This document shows positions 1 to 10,265 of a DNA stretch of 64,000 nt, piece by piece. The position numbers and the translations under genes were made by a program. The notes beneath the pieces were generated by a model. The model was not told the origin of the DNA and did no database searches. It saw only the letters and a list, made by a program, of their open reading frames with translations. The number at the start of each line of letters is the position of its first letter. The stretch's first letter is position 1. The stretch comes from an uncultured Candidatus Saccharibacteria bacterium (GTDB lineage Bacteria; Patescibacteriota; Minisyncoccia; Ryanbacterales; 2-02-FULL-48-12): NCBI GenBank assembly GCA_964479945.1, contig CAYZNS010000006.1:1107-65106 (forward strand). The letters are read 5' to 3'.

Positions 1-51
1 CAGGAGCGTTTTTCAACCAAGGAGCAAAAGTTATAGCACGTTCCTTTAGGG

Positions 52-264
52 GTGCCCAGGCGGTCAGGAGGCTACCCTTCTGAGAGCGATGTAATTAACG
101 ATAGTCTCGATCTTTTGGAAGAACGCGACCGGTACTTGCGTGAGAAAGTCAGAGAGGCCCTTGCATCGGGCGGCTCGATACCGGCCAAGGACGTGCGGAA
201 CTCCGTGCCCAGAACAACGAGCAGCGCCGGAAAGGCGTATGACTCAGGTATCCTACTCCAATAA
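52..264 (+). CDS. ParD/CopG-type antitoxin remnant (N-terminal RHH strand missing; in-frame stop at 34-36 upstream, GTG start)
   Basis: Translation SESDVINDSLDLLEERDRYLREKVREALASGGSIPAKD matches the C-terminal helix region of ParD antitoxins. It overlaps the downstream ParE-like ORF by 26 nt. Confidence 0.4.
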   Translation: MPRRSGGYPSESDVINDSLDLLEERDRYLREKVREALASGGSIPAKDVRNSVPRTTSSAGKAYDSGILLQ

Positions 265-466
265 AGCACGAGACGACCTTCGTGAAATTCGTGCCTTTAT
301 TGCTGCCAACAGTGTAGACATAGCAGACAAGTTTATAGATCGCATTGAAGAAAAATGCCACCTTTTGGCGGCCACTCCGAAAATCGGACGGGCACGGTTT
401 GATATTGCAGACGGGCTCCGTGTTTTTCCACCATCAGGACATGTGATCCACGACCGGTCACAATAA
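239..466 (+). CDS. ParE/RelE-family toxin, C-terminally short (possible degenerate toxin)
   Basis: MTQVSYSNKARDDLREIRAFIAANSVDIADKFIDRIEEKCHLLAATPKIGRARFDIADGLRVFP follows the ParE pattern. The ATG at 239 overlaps the antitoxin stop. The protein ends after VIHDRSQ, earlier than typical ParE. Confidence 0.5.
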   Translation: MTQVSYSNKARDDLREIRAFIAANSVDIADKFIDRIEEKCHLLAATPKIGRARFDIADGLRVFPPSGHVIHDRSQ

Positions 467-591
467 GGGAGATTGCTACTATTACAAGATCAATAAAGGA
501 TTGGAGGATTTCAGCTCGTTTGAGTCCATATTCTTCGATGCTCTGTATCGAAGTTGTTGATTCTGTGAGTACTTTTGCGTATATTTGAGGG

Positions 592-3500
592 ATGAAAAAG
601 AAGGAAGATATGATCATCGAGTTGCGATCTTTTTTTGAACCGCATATTTTCTCTCGAGGAAGAGTATATTTTCGAACTGGAGCGGTCGGAAAAATAAAAA
701 TAACGCCACAGTCGGCAGGGCCGGTGCATGTTCAGGCCAGCGTTCGTGGAAGTCGTACATATCGAACAGACATCTTGTTTTCGCCAGAGGACGGTACATT
801 TATGACCTTTGACTGCTCCTGTCCGTACGACGATTACTGCAAGCATGCCGCCGCGCTCGGGCTTATGTTCATTGAACACTATGCTGATCCGGGCGAAGCG
901 GGGCGAGGAGTCAATGCTCCAATTCTAGAGGATACTATTGCTTCAATACTGCGCGGCGATGCGGCGGCAGCCTCCGATATCGATCGGATCATAGAGCAAT
1001 TACAGCAGGTCAAGAAGCGGACGCAGACGGCCGCTTTTTCCCGTGACACACTACATGGTAGCCGATCGATCACATCCGTGCCAATCCAAAAGGATGCAGC
1101 ATCGGCGTTAGGAGAATACTATTTGGTGATTTCGCGATGGGACGGAAACGTATCCCTTCACCACCGCAGTAACCCATACCAAATGGCAAGCGTCGCCAAA
1201 CTTCTGAAACGTAGTGATCTTGAGGCCAAGGCGCGCGAAATGCTTGAGCTTACAAAAAGTGCGCAGAGCAAGAGCCCGCATGGGGTTGATCTTGGGCGGC
1301 TCTGTATTCTTGCACAAGAGGTTGGTATAAAAATGTATAGCGAAAACGAATACCGGTGGGGTGTGAAAGTGAAACCGCTTGTGGTTGAACCCGCTCCAAA
1401 GAAAATCTCCGCAACTTTGCGATTTGAAGAGTATCATTCCGAATCTGCGGGCCGCGTGCGTCCGCGATTTACGTTTACTTTTTATCCAAAAGATATCAAC
1501 GAAGATACATATAGTTTTATTGCAAGCACCAACCATCTTATACGGATAGGCAAGGATACGATCGCCTTATATTCGATGTCGGGGCGACTCGCCCGCTGTA
1601 TTGCGGATATGCTGCGACATCATAGGTATACTAATACTTTTGCACTCGCTGATCGGGATACAATACACATCAACGACATTATGACTGCCGCCAAGGAGGC
1701 GCTCGATCTCACGTGTGTATTGAAGGATTACGCCATCGAGCGCTATACAAATCCTAAAAAAGTATTGGTAGTTGATCTTAAAAACGACGAGGAGGTGCTT
1801 GCCATATATGCCTGCGTTGACTATTGGTTTACGCAGATCGATGTAACTGAAAGTGTTATGATAAGCAATAGCGGCGGGGGCAAGACGTTCAAGCGGCGAA
1901 ACAACCCCTATGGCGATGCGGACACGCATATAATCGAGTTTGATGGACAGACTATCCGTGCCGCGCCTATCGACGAAAAGATGGAAGAGACACTTGTTGC
2001 AGACTTGTATGACAAAGGGGTACTGCCGAATATGAAGCCGCGCGCAACCATAAAGAAGTTTTCTAATATTTTTTATTTTTACAACACCTACTGGCAGAAA
2101 TTGGAGAAGTATTGTTGCACCATTGGCTGTGAGATACGTTTTCCGCACGATCGGTTCGCCTTTAGCGAGGGTAACTTCCGCGCTGATTTTTCCGTCGATA
2201 TACATGAGAAGAACGACTGGCTCGCATTCGATGCAACTTGCTATTTAGGAGAAGATAAAGTAACACTCGACGATATCCGACGCTTACTTTCCGAAGAGAA
2301 AGAGTTCTTCCGGCATGCTGACGGTCGGATACTTCGTATTACTAATCGCGAGGAGCTTGCGCGGTTTGTCGCGATGCTCCGTCGTTTTGCCGAGCGCGAA
2401 GGGCGCTTTGAAGGCAGACTTTACAATGCGCCTGAGTTGCAATACATCGTTACCAGCTCGCCATATTACAATGCCCAACAGTCCGAAGGCTTTGATGCTT
2501 TTTGTAAGGCTATGAAACAAGGCAAACCGGTGAAGCGCGTCGCGCTTACTGCTTCTCATCGCAGGATTTTGCGGCCGTACCAGAGAGCGGGTGTCGAATG
2601 GCTCTACTTCTTGCGCTCGTATCATTTTGCCGGTATTCTAGCGGACGATATGGGACTTGGCAAAACCGTGCAAACGCTCATACTCCTTGAGCGCGAGCGT
2701 GTAGAAAAAACACCTTCGCTCGTCATCTGCCCAAAATCGCTTCTCTATAACTGGCAGGCGGAGGCTGCCCGCTTTACTCCCGCGCTCAATGTTGCCGTGG
2801 TAGACGGAACGCCGACCGAGCGCGCAGAGATTATCAAGAACGCCAAGCGGTACGACGTGCTTGTTACCGGCTACGCTACGTATAAAATCGACGCGCCCGC
2901 GTACAAAAAGTGGAACATAAAGTTTAATTATTGCGTGCTTGACGAAGCGCAATTCATTAAAAATCATGCCACCAAAAACGCGCAGATTATAAAAGAAGTG
3001 GATGCGCAGTGGCGCTTGGCGCTCACCGGCACGCCGCTTGAAAACAACGTGTCGGAGATCTGGTCGATGTTTGACTTTCTAATGCCCGGCTTCCTCGGCA
3101 CGCACAAAGAATTTTCCGAGCATTTTCATACACCTATAATGAAGCGTGGCGATACGGAAGCGCTGACGCACCTCCGCAAAAAAGTGGAATGCTTCATGTT
3201 GCGCCGCATAAAAGAAGAGGTGCTTGCAGAATTGCCGCCAAAGGTTGTGCAAGATAGTCGTTGTCATTTAAGCGCCGCGCAAAACCTGCTGTATCAAGAA
3301 GTGCTCGCGCGGGTCAAACAAGAAATCTGGGAGACAGTGGCCTCAAAGGGCTTTGATCGATCAGGTATCCACATACTCGCGGGTCTCACCAAATTGCGAC
3401 AGGTGTGCAACCATCCTAACCTTCTCCTCAAGGAACGCGACCACACCGCACACCCGTCCGCAAAGCTTGATATGTTCCATGAACTGATTGAAGAAGTGTC

Positions 3501-3963
3501 CGAAAACAAGCGTAAAGTGTTGGTATTCAGCCAGTTTACCGCCATGCTTGATATATTGGCGCTCGAGCTTAAAGCTAAAAATATCTCGTATTCGTATCTC
3601 TCCGGCAAGACCCGCAACCGGCAAAAGATGGTCGATACGTTCAACAATGATCCGGCTATTCCGGTCTTTCTCATAAGTCTCAAAGCAGGCGGAACAGGAC
3701 TCAATCTCACCACCGCCGACATGGTCATCATCTTTGATCCGTGGTGGAACCCGAGCGTGGAAAATCAGGCGATTGACCGCGCGCATCGGATCGGACAGAA
3801 ACGTTCGGTTAACGTGCACAAACTCATCACGAGCGGCACCATCGAAGAGAAGATTATTGCCTTGCAAAACAAAAAGAAAAACCTCTTTGATTCCGTTGTC
3901 GGTGAGAGTAAAGACATCTTTAAGAAACTCACATGGGATGACATTCAAGATCTGTTTCGATAG
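592..3963 (+). CDS. SNF2-family DEAD-like helicase with N-terminal SWIM zinc finger
   Basis: CSCPYDDYCKHAAALG is a SWIM finger. LADDMGLGKTVQT is helicase motif I. VLDEAQFIKN is the DExx box. The C-terminal helicase domain ends in QAIDRAHRIGQ. Confidence 0.85.
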   Translation: MKKKEDMIIELRSFFEPHIFSRGRVYFRTGAVGKIKITPQSAGPVHVQASVRGSRTYRTDILFSPEDGTFMTFDCSCPYDDYCKHAAALGLMFIEHYADPGEAGRGVNAPILEDTIASILRGDAAAASDIDRIIEQLQQVKKRTQTAAFSRDTLHGSRSITSVPIQKDAASALGEYYLVISRWDGNVSLHHRSNPYQMASVAKLLKRSDLEAKAREMLELTKSAQSKSPHGVDLGRLCILAQEVGIKMYSENEYRWGVKVKPLVVEPAPKKISATLRFEEYHSESAGRVRPRFTFTFYPKDINEDTYSFIASTNHLIRIGKDTIALYSMSGRLARCIADMLRHHRYTNTFALADRDTIHINDIMTAAKEALDLTCVLKDYAIERYTNPKKVLVVDLKNDEEVLAIYACVDYWFTQIDVTESVMISNSGGGKTFKRRNNPYGDADTHIIEFDGQTIRAAPIDEKMEETLVADLYDKGVLPNMKPRATIKKFSNIFYFYNTYWQKLEKYCCTIGCEIRFPHDRFAFSEGNFRADFSVDIHEKNDWLAFDATCYLGEDKVTLDDIRRLLSEEKEFFRHADGRILRITNREELARFVAMLRRFAEREGRFEGRLYNAPELQYIVTSSPYYNAQQSEGFDAFCKAMKQGKPVKRVALTASHRRILRPYQRAGVEWLYFLRSYHFAGILADDMGLGKTVQTLILLERERVEKTPSLVICPKSLLYNWQAEAARFTPALNVAVVDGTPTERAEIIKNAKRYDVLVTGYATYKIDAPAYKKWNIKFNYCVLDEAQFIKNHATKNAQIIKEVDAQWRLALTGTPLENNVSEIWSMFDFLMPGFLGTHKEFSEHFHTPIMKRGDTEALTHLRKKVECFMLRRIKEEVLAELPPKVVQDSRCHLSAAQNLLYQEVLARVKQEIWETVASKGFDRSGIHILAGLTKLRQVCNHPNLLLKERDHTAHPSAKLDMFHELIEEVSENKRKVLVFSQFTAMLDILALELKAKNISYSYLSGKTRNRQKMVDTFNNDPAIPVFLISLKAGGTGLNLTTADMVIIFDPWWNPSVENQAIDRAHRIGQKRSVNVHKLITSGTIEEKIIALQNKKKNLFDSVVGESKDIFKKLTWDDIQDLFR

Positions 3964-4042
3964 GATTCAGGATTCAGTGTCAGTTGGATTCAGGATTCAG
4001 AGGATTCAGGATTCAGTGTCAGGATTCAGATTCAGTGTCAGG
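3964..4042. repeat. Tandem GGATTCAG(T/A)-type short repeat array immediately 3' of the helicase stop
   Basis: ggattcaggattcagtgtcag...ggattcaggattcagtgtcaggattcagattcagtgtcagg seen directly. Confidence 0.8.
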
Positions 4043-4403
4043 TACCTTTTTCAAAAGGCGTTTGAAAGCACCTGTGTACTTTGTGTGAGTAATTAGTACT
4101 TTGGAAAATTTTCTTTGAAAAATTGGGTGCCATCGTGGAGGATGTTAGAACTGTGTTTGAGCGGAAAAATGATGCGACTGTTTATATTCCCGACTTTTCA
4201 TATTTGGTTGAACACGCGTAATCTACCCCACCCTTGAATTCACTATATAATTAAAGAAAAAGCCCGGTATTATTGGCCGAGCCGAGTGCGCTATGAGTAA
4301 CTACCTTCTATCGTCCACTCCCTTAAATCAACTACCACCGCAGAAGCCTGTCGGAGACTGCTATAGCAACTGACAAAAGTAACTTTACATAATACCTGTT
4401 CTA

Positions 4404-4917
4404 TTGGACAATTGATGTATATTATCCATAATATACACTCATTATGAATACGGTACATCAATTGTCCAAAATCAACAGATCTCTTGAAAGAGTAAAGGAT
4501 GCCGAGACTCGGGAACGCCTCATGCTATTGAAACGCTACTATCAATCAAGGTCATTACGGGATACCGCTCAAGAATATCGATGTAGTCATGGCAAAGTCA
4601 AATACTGGAAAGATCGGTATGAAACAGAAGGAGTACGGGGACTCTTGACACAGGAGAAATCAGGCAGACCGCCAGACGTAGACCACCGTACACTGGAAAC
4701 TATCAGACAAGCCGTGAAGCAAAAATGCAGAAAAGAACAATGGGTGGTTGAACAAGTGCGCGAGTTCATTAAGAAAAAAAGCGGTAAACAATATACCTTG
4801 CGGCACACCATACGCATAATCCAGAGTTGGGGATTTTCCATGATTACGCCACGCCCGCAGTATGCACATGCTGCATCAAAGGCACAGCAAAGGGCTTTTT
4901 TAAAAGAAGAACACTGA
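4404..4917 (+). mobile_element. IS630/Tc1-family insertion-sequence remnant: 16-bp inverted repeat pair bracketing the start codon, plus the transposase N-terminal HTH ORF (4444-4917); DDE domain absent
   Basis: TTGGACAATTGATGTA at 4404-4419 has its perfect reverse complement at 4454-4469. ORF QEYRCSHGKVKYWKDRYETEGVRGLLTQEKSGRP resembles the IS630 transposase N-terminus. No DDE catalytic ORF follows. Confidence 0.55.
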
Positions 4918-5026
4918 ACAATGGCGGAAATGGTTGAAAAACGGTTGGCATATTGTCACACATGTCTTTAGGTATAGCACTCATTGTGCTTTGGCGACCC
5001 GACAAAAAAAGACTGGCACATGCCAG

Positions 5027-5224
5027 TCATTTATCCTCAATCGGTTCTACCCAATATATTTGCTTGTGGGCATGCTTTTCAAGCTCCTCTTTTTTCTCTT
5101 CCGCCTCTGCCCTTGTATCATATTTCTTTTCTATATAATATTTTACCCCGTTGTCGTCCTGCCGGACGATCTGATAGCGTGTCATGGCATCCTCATTCAA
5201 TTGCGAGCGCCGCTTCAATATCAT
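5027..5224 (-). CDS. small hypothetical protein (65 aa, K/E-rich)
   Basis: ORF only; overlaps 3' end of the isochorismatase gene by ~30 nt. Confidence 0.25.
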   Translation of the reverse strand: MILKRRSQLNEDAMTRYQIVRQDDNGVKYYIEKKYDTRAEAEEKKEELEKHAHKQIYWVEPIEDK

Positions 5225-5810
5225 GCGCTATGCGTATGCGGCGCGGCGCGGCGGCAGAAGGGACCTCTTTGAGAATATTTTCTAACCAATATTCTTCCCG
5301 CCGCTCCGTCAACCTTGTATAACAGCACTGCCCAAGCAACGTTACCGCAAAACCGTTTCGTAACCCGCCAACTGCTGTCCAATACACGCAACACTCCGTA
5401 TGAAATCCTGCCAGACATATCTCGCGGACGTTGCGCTCTTGAAGGTAGTGCAAGAAAGCTTTGTTTGTAAATGCGTCGGTTGTCTTCTTGCAAAATACAG
5501 GCTCGGCGGCATGATTATGCTCCAAAAACGGAGCGAGAGAATACTCCCCATCGCAAAATACGCACGAATCAAATGCCCGAAACATGATTTCTTTCTGATA
5601 TTGATCCAGCGGATAGCCATACGGACACACAATAAATACAATTGGCATTTGTAAGCTAGATGCGCGCGCAATAGAAAGCGCTTTGGCTATATTGCCAGCC
5701 ACTACGATAGTGTCATCCGTAAACCCAAGTTTTATTTTTTCCTTGTCTATGCAATCCCAACACTCATCACTCCCTTGATGAATATCAACTATTACCAATG
5801 CCTTTGTCAT
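5193..5810 (-). CDS. isochorismatase-family cysteine hydrolase
   Basis: ALVIVDIHQG...ICLAGFHTECCV with the D/K/C catalytic arrangement typical of isochorismatase/nicotinamidase fold. Confidence 0.7.
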   Translation of the reverse strand: MTKALVIVDIHQGSDECWDCIDKEKIKLGFTDDTIVVAGNIAKALSIARASSLQMPIVFIVCPYGYPLDQYQKEIMFRAFDSCVFCDGEYSLAPFLEHNHAAEPVFCKKTTDAFTNKAFLHYLQERNVREICLAGFHTECCVYWTAVGGLRNGFAVTLLGQCCYTRLTERREEYWLENILKEVPSAAAPRRIRIAHDIEAALAIE

Positions 5811-5878
5811 AAGCGCCTCCGTAAAATATCAAAATAGCGTTCATGGTAAAGTCAAGCACGGAAAGATACGCGCGTCAA

Positions 5879-6532
5879 TCACCGTTTCCTCTTTCCAAAC
5901 ACAAGCGCCACCAGCATGCCGAAGGTAAAGCCGCCGATGTGCGCCCACCAGGCCACACCGCCTGTAGATCCGCTTGCCACGCCCAGACTTGCGGTTCCGT
6001 TGAGCAGCTGGGTCAGAAACCATAAAAACAAAACAAGCCGCGCGGGCAAATTCATAAACGTAAAGAATACAAAAATCGGCACCAACGTAGTTACCGAATG
6101 CCCCGGGAACGCGACAAAGTAATAGCCAAGTACTGCCGCCACAGCGCCGCTCGCTCCAAGTATCGGTATGGCCGCGCCCTGCAAGAACGCGAATTGGATG
6201 AGAGCCGCCACTACGCCTCCCGCCAAATAAAAGAGAAGATAACGAATCTTCCCCAACGCCGCCTCCACATTGTCTCCGAAGACCGCAAGAAACCACATAT
6301 TGGAGATAATATGCAAAAAGCCGGCGTGCAGAAACAGAGAAATGACGAACGGGTAGAGCGATGCGGCGCCTGCCGCGCTTACGCGGGCGGGTATAAGCGC
6401 CCATTGATATATAAACTGCTCGGTATCCGGCGCTATAAGCTCAAGCCAGAATACATAGGCCGTGATACCAATGAGAAGCCATGTTGCCACCGGCACTATG
6501 CCGGCCCGCTGATGATCGCGAATGGGAAACAT
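5879..6532 (-). CDS. rhomboid-family intramembrane serine protease
   Basis: Multi-TM protein with GASGAV (GxSG) and downstream AHIGGFTFG His. Start is trimmed to the internal MFPIRDHQ because the longer ORF runs through a tRNA-like gene. Confidence 0.75.
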   Translation of the reverse strand: MFPIRDHQRAGIVPVATWLLIGITAYVFWLELIAPDTEQFIYQWALIPARVSAAGAASLYPFVISLFLHAGFLHIISNMWFLAVFGDNVEAALGKIRYLLFYLAGGVVAALIQFAFLQGAAIPILGASGAVAAVLGYYFVAFPGHSVTTLVPIFVFFTFMNLPARLVLFLWFLTQLLNGTASLGVASGSTGGVAWWAHIGGFTFGMLVALVFGKRKR

Positions 6533-6572
6533 ACGTAAACAGTAAGTACTAAGATGTGCCTTTATAATAACA

Positions 6573-6612
6573 CTGACGCAAATAAGCGGCTCAACAATTA
6601 TTCTGGCTGAGC
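6573..6612. terminator. 12-bp perfect hairpin ATAAGCGGCTCA/TGAGCCGCTTAT downstream of the tRNA-like gene
   Basis: ataagcggctcaacaattattctggctgagccgcttat seen directly. Confidence 0.4.
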
Positions 6613-6626
6613 CGCTTATGCACGAT

Positions 6627-6712
6627 GTGCACCCACTAGGAGTTGAACCTAGAACCGTCTCATTAAGAGGGAGCTGCTCTGCCTCCACCGGCTGGCGGAT
6701 GAGCTATGGGTG
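6627..6712 (-). tRNA. aberrant tRNA-like gene: perfect 7-bp acceptor stem, canonical T-arm (GGTTCAACTCC), anticodon loop CUCUUAA (CUU, Lys-like) with two stem mismatches, and a 16-nt palindromic hairpin (TCCGCC-AGCC-GGTGGA) embedded in the D-loop
   Basis: Reverse complement GCACCCATAGCTCA[TCCGCCAGCCGGTGGA]GGCAGAGCAGCTCCCTCTTAATGAGACGGTTCTAGGTTCAACTCCTAGTGGGTGCA. 86 nt fits a class-I cloverleaf only if the bracketed hairpin is an insertion. Confidence 0.35.
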
Positions 6713-6770
6713 CTTAGAAAGTGTTTACAAACTCTTCAAAAGCGAAGGTTTTGTAAACACTTTCTTAAAG
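6713..6770. repeat. Palindromic repeat family F, short copy (TTAGAAAGTGTTTACAAAC ... GTTTGTAAACACTTTCTTA)
   Basis: Same termini as the 185-bp copy at 39964-40148. Confidence 0.65.
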
Positions 6771-6833
6771 CTAATTTGGAAAAGTCAGTAGGAAAAGGTG
6801 GGTAAATATTATATACATTATCTACTCTATTCG

Positions 6834-9800
6834 CTACGCGGCAGTAGGTTCCGATGCCGGCTCGCCGCCTGCGATGCCCATCAGCTTGCGAAACGTGTTT
6901 TGCTCCATGGTTTCGTGTTTGATAAGATACTCGGCAATTTCCATAAGTTTTTCCTTGCGATCGCGCACAATTCCTTTCGCTTTCTCAAGCGCCTCTTTCA
7001 TAAAACGCGCAACTTCTGTATCCACTAAGGAAGCAATTTCTTCGGAATATTTTTTCTCGTGTCCGATTTCACGCCCCAAAAACACCAAATCGCTTTGATC
7101 GTCCCATGCGACCGGACCTACTTTTTCCGACATGCCATACCGCGTTACCAAACCGCGCGCCAAACCTGTTGCTTTGCGAATGTCGTCCGAAGAGCCGGTT
7201 GTAATCTCTCCGAATACCACCTCCTCGGCGGCGTATCCGCCCAAAGAAACTGCCAATTCATCAAGGAAAAAATCGCGCGTGTACAGGTGTCGGTCTTCCG
7301 TGGGCAATTTCATGGTATATCCGCCAGCTCTACCGCGCGATACGATAGAAATTTTGTGCACCGGATCGGCGTTCGGAAGCGATGCCGCTACCAGCGCGTG
7401 CCCCGCTTCGTGAAATGCCGTAATTTTCTTTTCCTTCTCGGAAAATACTTTGCTTTTGCGCTCGGGTCCCAGCATTACTTTCTCAATAGAGACCACAAGA
7501 TCTTCCTGACTTACCGTTTTGCGGTCGTGGCGCGCCGCCAGAATGGCCGCTTCGTTCACCAGGTTCGCCAAGTCGGCGCCGGAGAACCCCGGCGTGCGCT
7601 CGGCAATCTGCCGCAAGGTTACGTCTTTGCTCATCGTCTTTTTAGCGGCATGCACCTGTAAAATTTCATCGCGCTCGGCGATATCCGGCAAATTCAATAC
7701 CACTCTGCGATCAAACCTTCCGGGGCGCAACAACGCGGGGTCCAGTACATCCGGCCGGTTTGTTGCCGCCATTATAATAACTTTGTCCGATGTTTCAAAA
7801 CCGTCCATCTCGGTTAATATCTGATTTAAGGTCTGCTCGCGCTCGTCATGTCCGCCACCCAAGCCCGCGCCGCGATGCCGCCCTACGGCGTCAATTTCAT
7901 CCACGAAAATAATCGCGGGAGCCGCTTTCTTTGCCATCTTAAATAAATCCCGTACGCGGCTGTTATGAAGCAACATCGGCTTTTCTCCGCCAAAAAACGC
8001 TTCATTTTCGCAACCAACCAGATCATACACATAATCGTTATATGGTTTTTTTGTAACTTTTTGAACGATAGGCCGCTTAAACTGATTGGGGCTTCGATAT
8101 GATAATCCGCTCCAGAAATCGCTTGTTTTTCCTACAATAATATTCCATGCCTCACCTGCCGGTAATGGTTTTTTGCCCATGCTGATTATCCTTCCCGGTT
8201 TTAAAGCCATTCTCCGCACGCCGACTTGAATGCCGTGCATGTTCAAAAGCCATGTGAGCTCGCGAATCAAGCCATGGCTAACGGATGTCATGCTTAGCTT
8301 GCCATCTTTCGTAACATACCCATCGCCGTCAGAATATCCTTTTACAAATTCACACACATACTCCCACGGAAGCTCCCATATCCACTGCGGCAGATGTTTT
8401 TGGTGACTGCCCGTCCCGCATTGCGTTTCAAAAAAACGGGCAAGCGGCTCTGCATGTACCGTGATGCGCGTGCTATTTGTAGTTGTCTCTTCCACATGTA
8501 CCGGAAGATTAAAAATCTGCTTTACCAACGAAATACAGTCGTTAATCAATGCTTTTTCATGCGAACCGAAAACAAACTGTGTATAATACGCCGTTGTGCG
8601 TCCTTCTGCCATATAATAACCCAAGATACGCATCAAATCTTTGGTAACGGCAACTTGCGCCGGAAGACCCTGCGTGATACTGCGGGACGAATACACGCGT
8701 GGCTTATGCGTGCCGTCTATCCATTTGCCAACGATTGCCTGGCTCATACCCACATGCGTGCCGATTTCTTTCTGTGTCATGGTTTCGGCATGCGCCAACG
8801 CATACGCATATTTTTCATTCGCTTGCCGGTACTGTTCCTCCCAGATCGGCAATAACGGGATCTGTTCAACATCAAACTCGTGCGCTTTTACTTTGTGTGT
8901 TGTACCAAAGCCAGGCACAAACGAAGAGCGTACTTTATAGGGAAGATTTACCAATACGTCGCCTTCCTCAAGCTCATCAGCGCGTTTTGCGCGCACGTAA
9001 TTTTTTTCCCGAACAAAAATACTATGATCCCCCGTTGTGCGAACAACGCCGCCGCGGAAATAAATCTCATATATGGAATCAACTTTATGGCGGTACACGC
9101 CTGAAAACGGTGCAAATCGGGAACCGCCCATATTAAATTTATCTTCGTTATTTTTAAAACCCCAAAAGCCAGTTCCCGCGCGTCTGGCGCTTAACGTTTC
9201 TAATCCGGAAACCTTTTTTACCATGCCGCCCTCGCCTTCCTTATAAAACTTATCCGCAACTTCCCGAATGGATAGAAGCTGCACTTTGCTGTCTTCCCGA
9301 ATAAGCACCGGCGTATCACCTGTTACAGAAGCCCCCACGCCTACAAACATTTCCACGAACTCGGAGGCCGACATATGAAAAAACGGCACGCCCGCTTCAA
9401 ACGCGACCGCTTTTGCCAGCAATGTCTTCCCCGTACCCGGCGCGCCCATCAACAGCACGCCGCGCGGAATGCGCGCTCCAATATCCAAAAACTTTTGCGG
9501 ATTTTTCAAAAAGTCCACAATTTCCAAAAGCTCTTCTTTGGCTTCTTCCGCGCCTGCCACATCCTTAAATGTTACTTTCTCGCGCGGGTCGTCCGGATTG
9601 ATAACGCGCGCGCGGGATTGCCCGAACATGAGCGCCTGCCCGTTAGAGCGCTGCACCTGGCGCATGGTAAGCCATATAAAAAGGCCGATTAAAATTATAG
9701 GCAAGAGAAACGGCAGTAGCGCCGAAAGCCAGAACGCAAGGCCGGACTGTTCTTTTACTTCAATGGTTATATCGGCAAGCATCTCGGGTGTAACCCCGTA

Positions 9801-10088
9801 ATTGCTTAATGTGTCGGACAAGGCGGCGTCCGGCTCTTTCTGCGATGTCTGCACCGTACCGTTTTTGAGCACGATTTCCAATTTATTGTTTGCCGCGGAA
9901 ATACGCAGTATCTCGCCCACGCGGATTTCTTCCACCAACCGGGAAAGCGAAACTGCTTCCGGCTTGTCCCGTTCGGCAAAAGAAGCATACAGCGCCGTGA
10001 GCACCAAGAAAATTAAAATGGCATAGAGAATATTTTTACCGAATTGCCCCATGGGGTTTTTCGGCATTTTTGGTTTTTTTAGGTTCAT
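6834..10088 (-). CDS. ftsH: ATP-dependent zinc metalloprotease FtsH interrupted by an intein (extein 628 aa + intein 456 aa)
   Basis: N-terminal TM helices. Walker A GAPGTGKT. Extein junction [10 protein letters not shown]|S...HN|SRVRDLF...[16 protein letters not shown] zinc site in the C-terminal protease domain. Confidence 0.9.
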   Translation of the reverse strand: MNLKKPKMPKNPMGQFGKNILYAILIFLVLTALYASFAERDKPEAVSLSRLVEEIRVGEILRISAANNKLEIVLKNGTVQTSQKEPDAALSDTLSNYGVTPEMLADITIEVKEQSGLAFWLSALLPFLLPIILIGLFIWLTMRQVQRSNGQALMFGQSRARVINPDDPREKVTFKDVAGAEEAKEELLEIVDFLKNPQKFLDIGARIPRGVLLMGAPGTGKTLLAKAVAFEAGVPFFHMSASEFVEMFVGVGASVTGDTPVLIREDSKVQLLSIREVADKFYKEGEGGMVKKVSGLETLSARRAGTGFWGFKNNEDKFNMGGSRFAPFSGVYRHKVDSIYEIYFRGGVVRTTGDHSIFVREKNYVRAKRADELEEGDVLVNLPYKVRSSFVPGFGTTHKVKAHEFDVEQIPLLPIWEEQYRQANEKYAYALAHAETMTQKEIGTHVGMSQAIVGKWIDGTHKPRVYSSRSITQGLPAQVAVTKDLMRILGYYMAEGRTTAYYTQFVFGSHEKALINDCISLVKQIFNLPVHVEETTTNSTRITVHAEPLARFFETQCGTGSHQKHLPQWIWELPWEYVCEFVKGYSDGDGYVTKDGKLSMTSVSHGLIRELTWLLNMHGIQVGVRRMALKPGRIISMGKKPLPAGEAWNIIVGKTSDFWSGLSYRSPNQFKRPIVQKVTKKPYNDYVYDLVGCENEAFFGGEKPMLLHNSRVRDLFKMAKKAAPAIIFVDEIDAVGRHRGAGLGGGHDEREQTLNQILTEMDGFETSDKVIIMAATNRPDVLDPALLRPGRFDRRVVLNLPDIAERDEILQVHAAKKTMSKDVTLRQIAERTPGFSGADLANLVNEAAILAARHDRKTVSQEDLVVSIEKVMLGPERKSKVFSEKEKKITAFHEAGHALVAASLPNADPVHKISIVSRGRAGGYTMKLPTEDRHLYTRDFFLDELAVSLGGYAAEEVVFGEITTGSSDDIRKATGLARGLVTRYGMSEKVGPVAWDDQSDLVFLGREIGHEKKYSEEIASLVDTEVARFMKEALEKAKGIVRDRKEKLMEIAEYLIKHETMEQNTFRKLMGIAGGEPASEPTAA
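7962..9329 (-). mobile_element. Intein with LAGLIDADG homing-endonuclease domain inside ftsH (aa 254-709)
   Basis: Starts SVTGDTPV (Ser1). Block B RTTGDHS. Two LAGLIDADG motifs LGYYMAEG and [11 protein letters not shown]. Ends ...LLHN followed by Ser+1. Removing it restores the canonical FtsH sequence GVGA-SRVRDLF. Confidence 0.8.
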
Positions 10089-10265
10089 CCCGTTAGAAGC
10101 AGATTGCGATCTCCATAAAAATCTGCGTTAAAAAATTGGTAATACTTCTTTATTTTAAATAAAAATTCACTTCCCGCAAAGCAATCGCAACTTATAACGG
10201 GGTGCATAAAAGGTATGATGACATGAATTTCATAAAAAAACAAGCCCCATGACCGACATGCGCTT

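Noticed and set aside
3964-4042. Possible CRISPR array (regular short repeats)
   Set aside because: Units are 8-9 bp and contiguous with no spacers. No cas genes nearby. It is a microsatellite-like tandem repeat.
4934-5322. ORFs following the IS630 N-terminal fragment as the missing DDE domain
   Set aside because: Translations are hydrophobic low-complexity with no DDE/D-E spacing. The transposase is truncated.
5879-6688. Full-length 269-aa rhomboid ORF from the track
   Set aside because: Its first 52 codons run through the tRNA-like gene and a terminator hairpin. The internal Met at 6532 gives a normal-length rhomboid.
6627-6712. Selenocysteine tRNA (6-bp D-stem with 4-nt loop resembles tRNA-Sec)
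   Set aside because: Acceptor stem is 7 bp, not 8. Six extra nucleotides separate the acceptor from the hairpin. The anticodon is not UCA and no selA/selB context is present. A palindromic insertion explains the D-region better.
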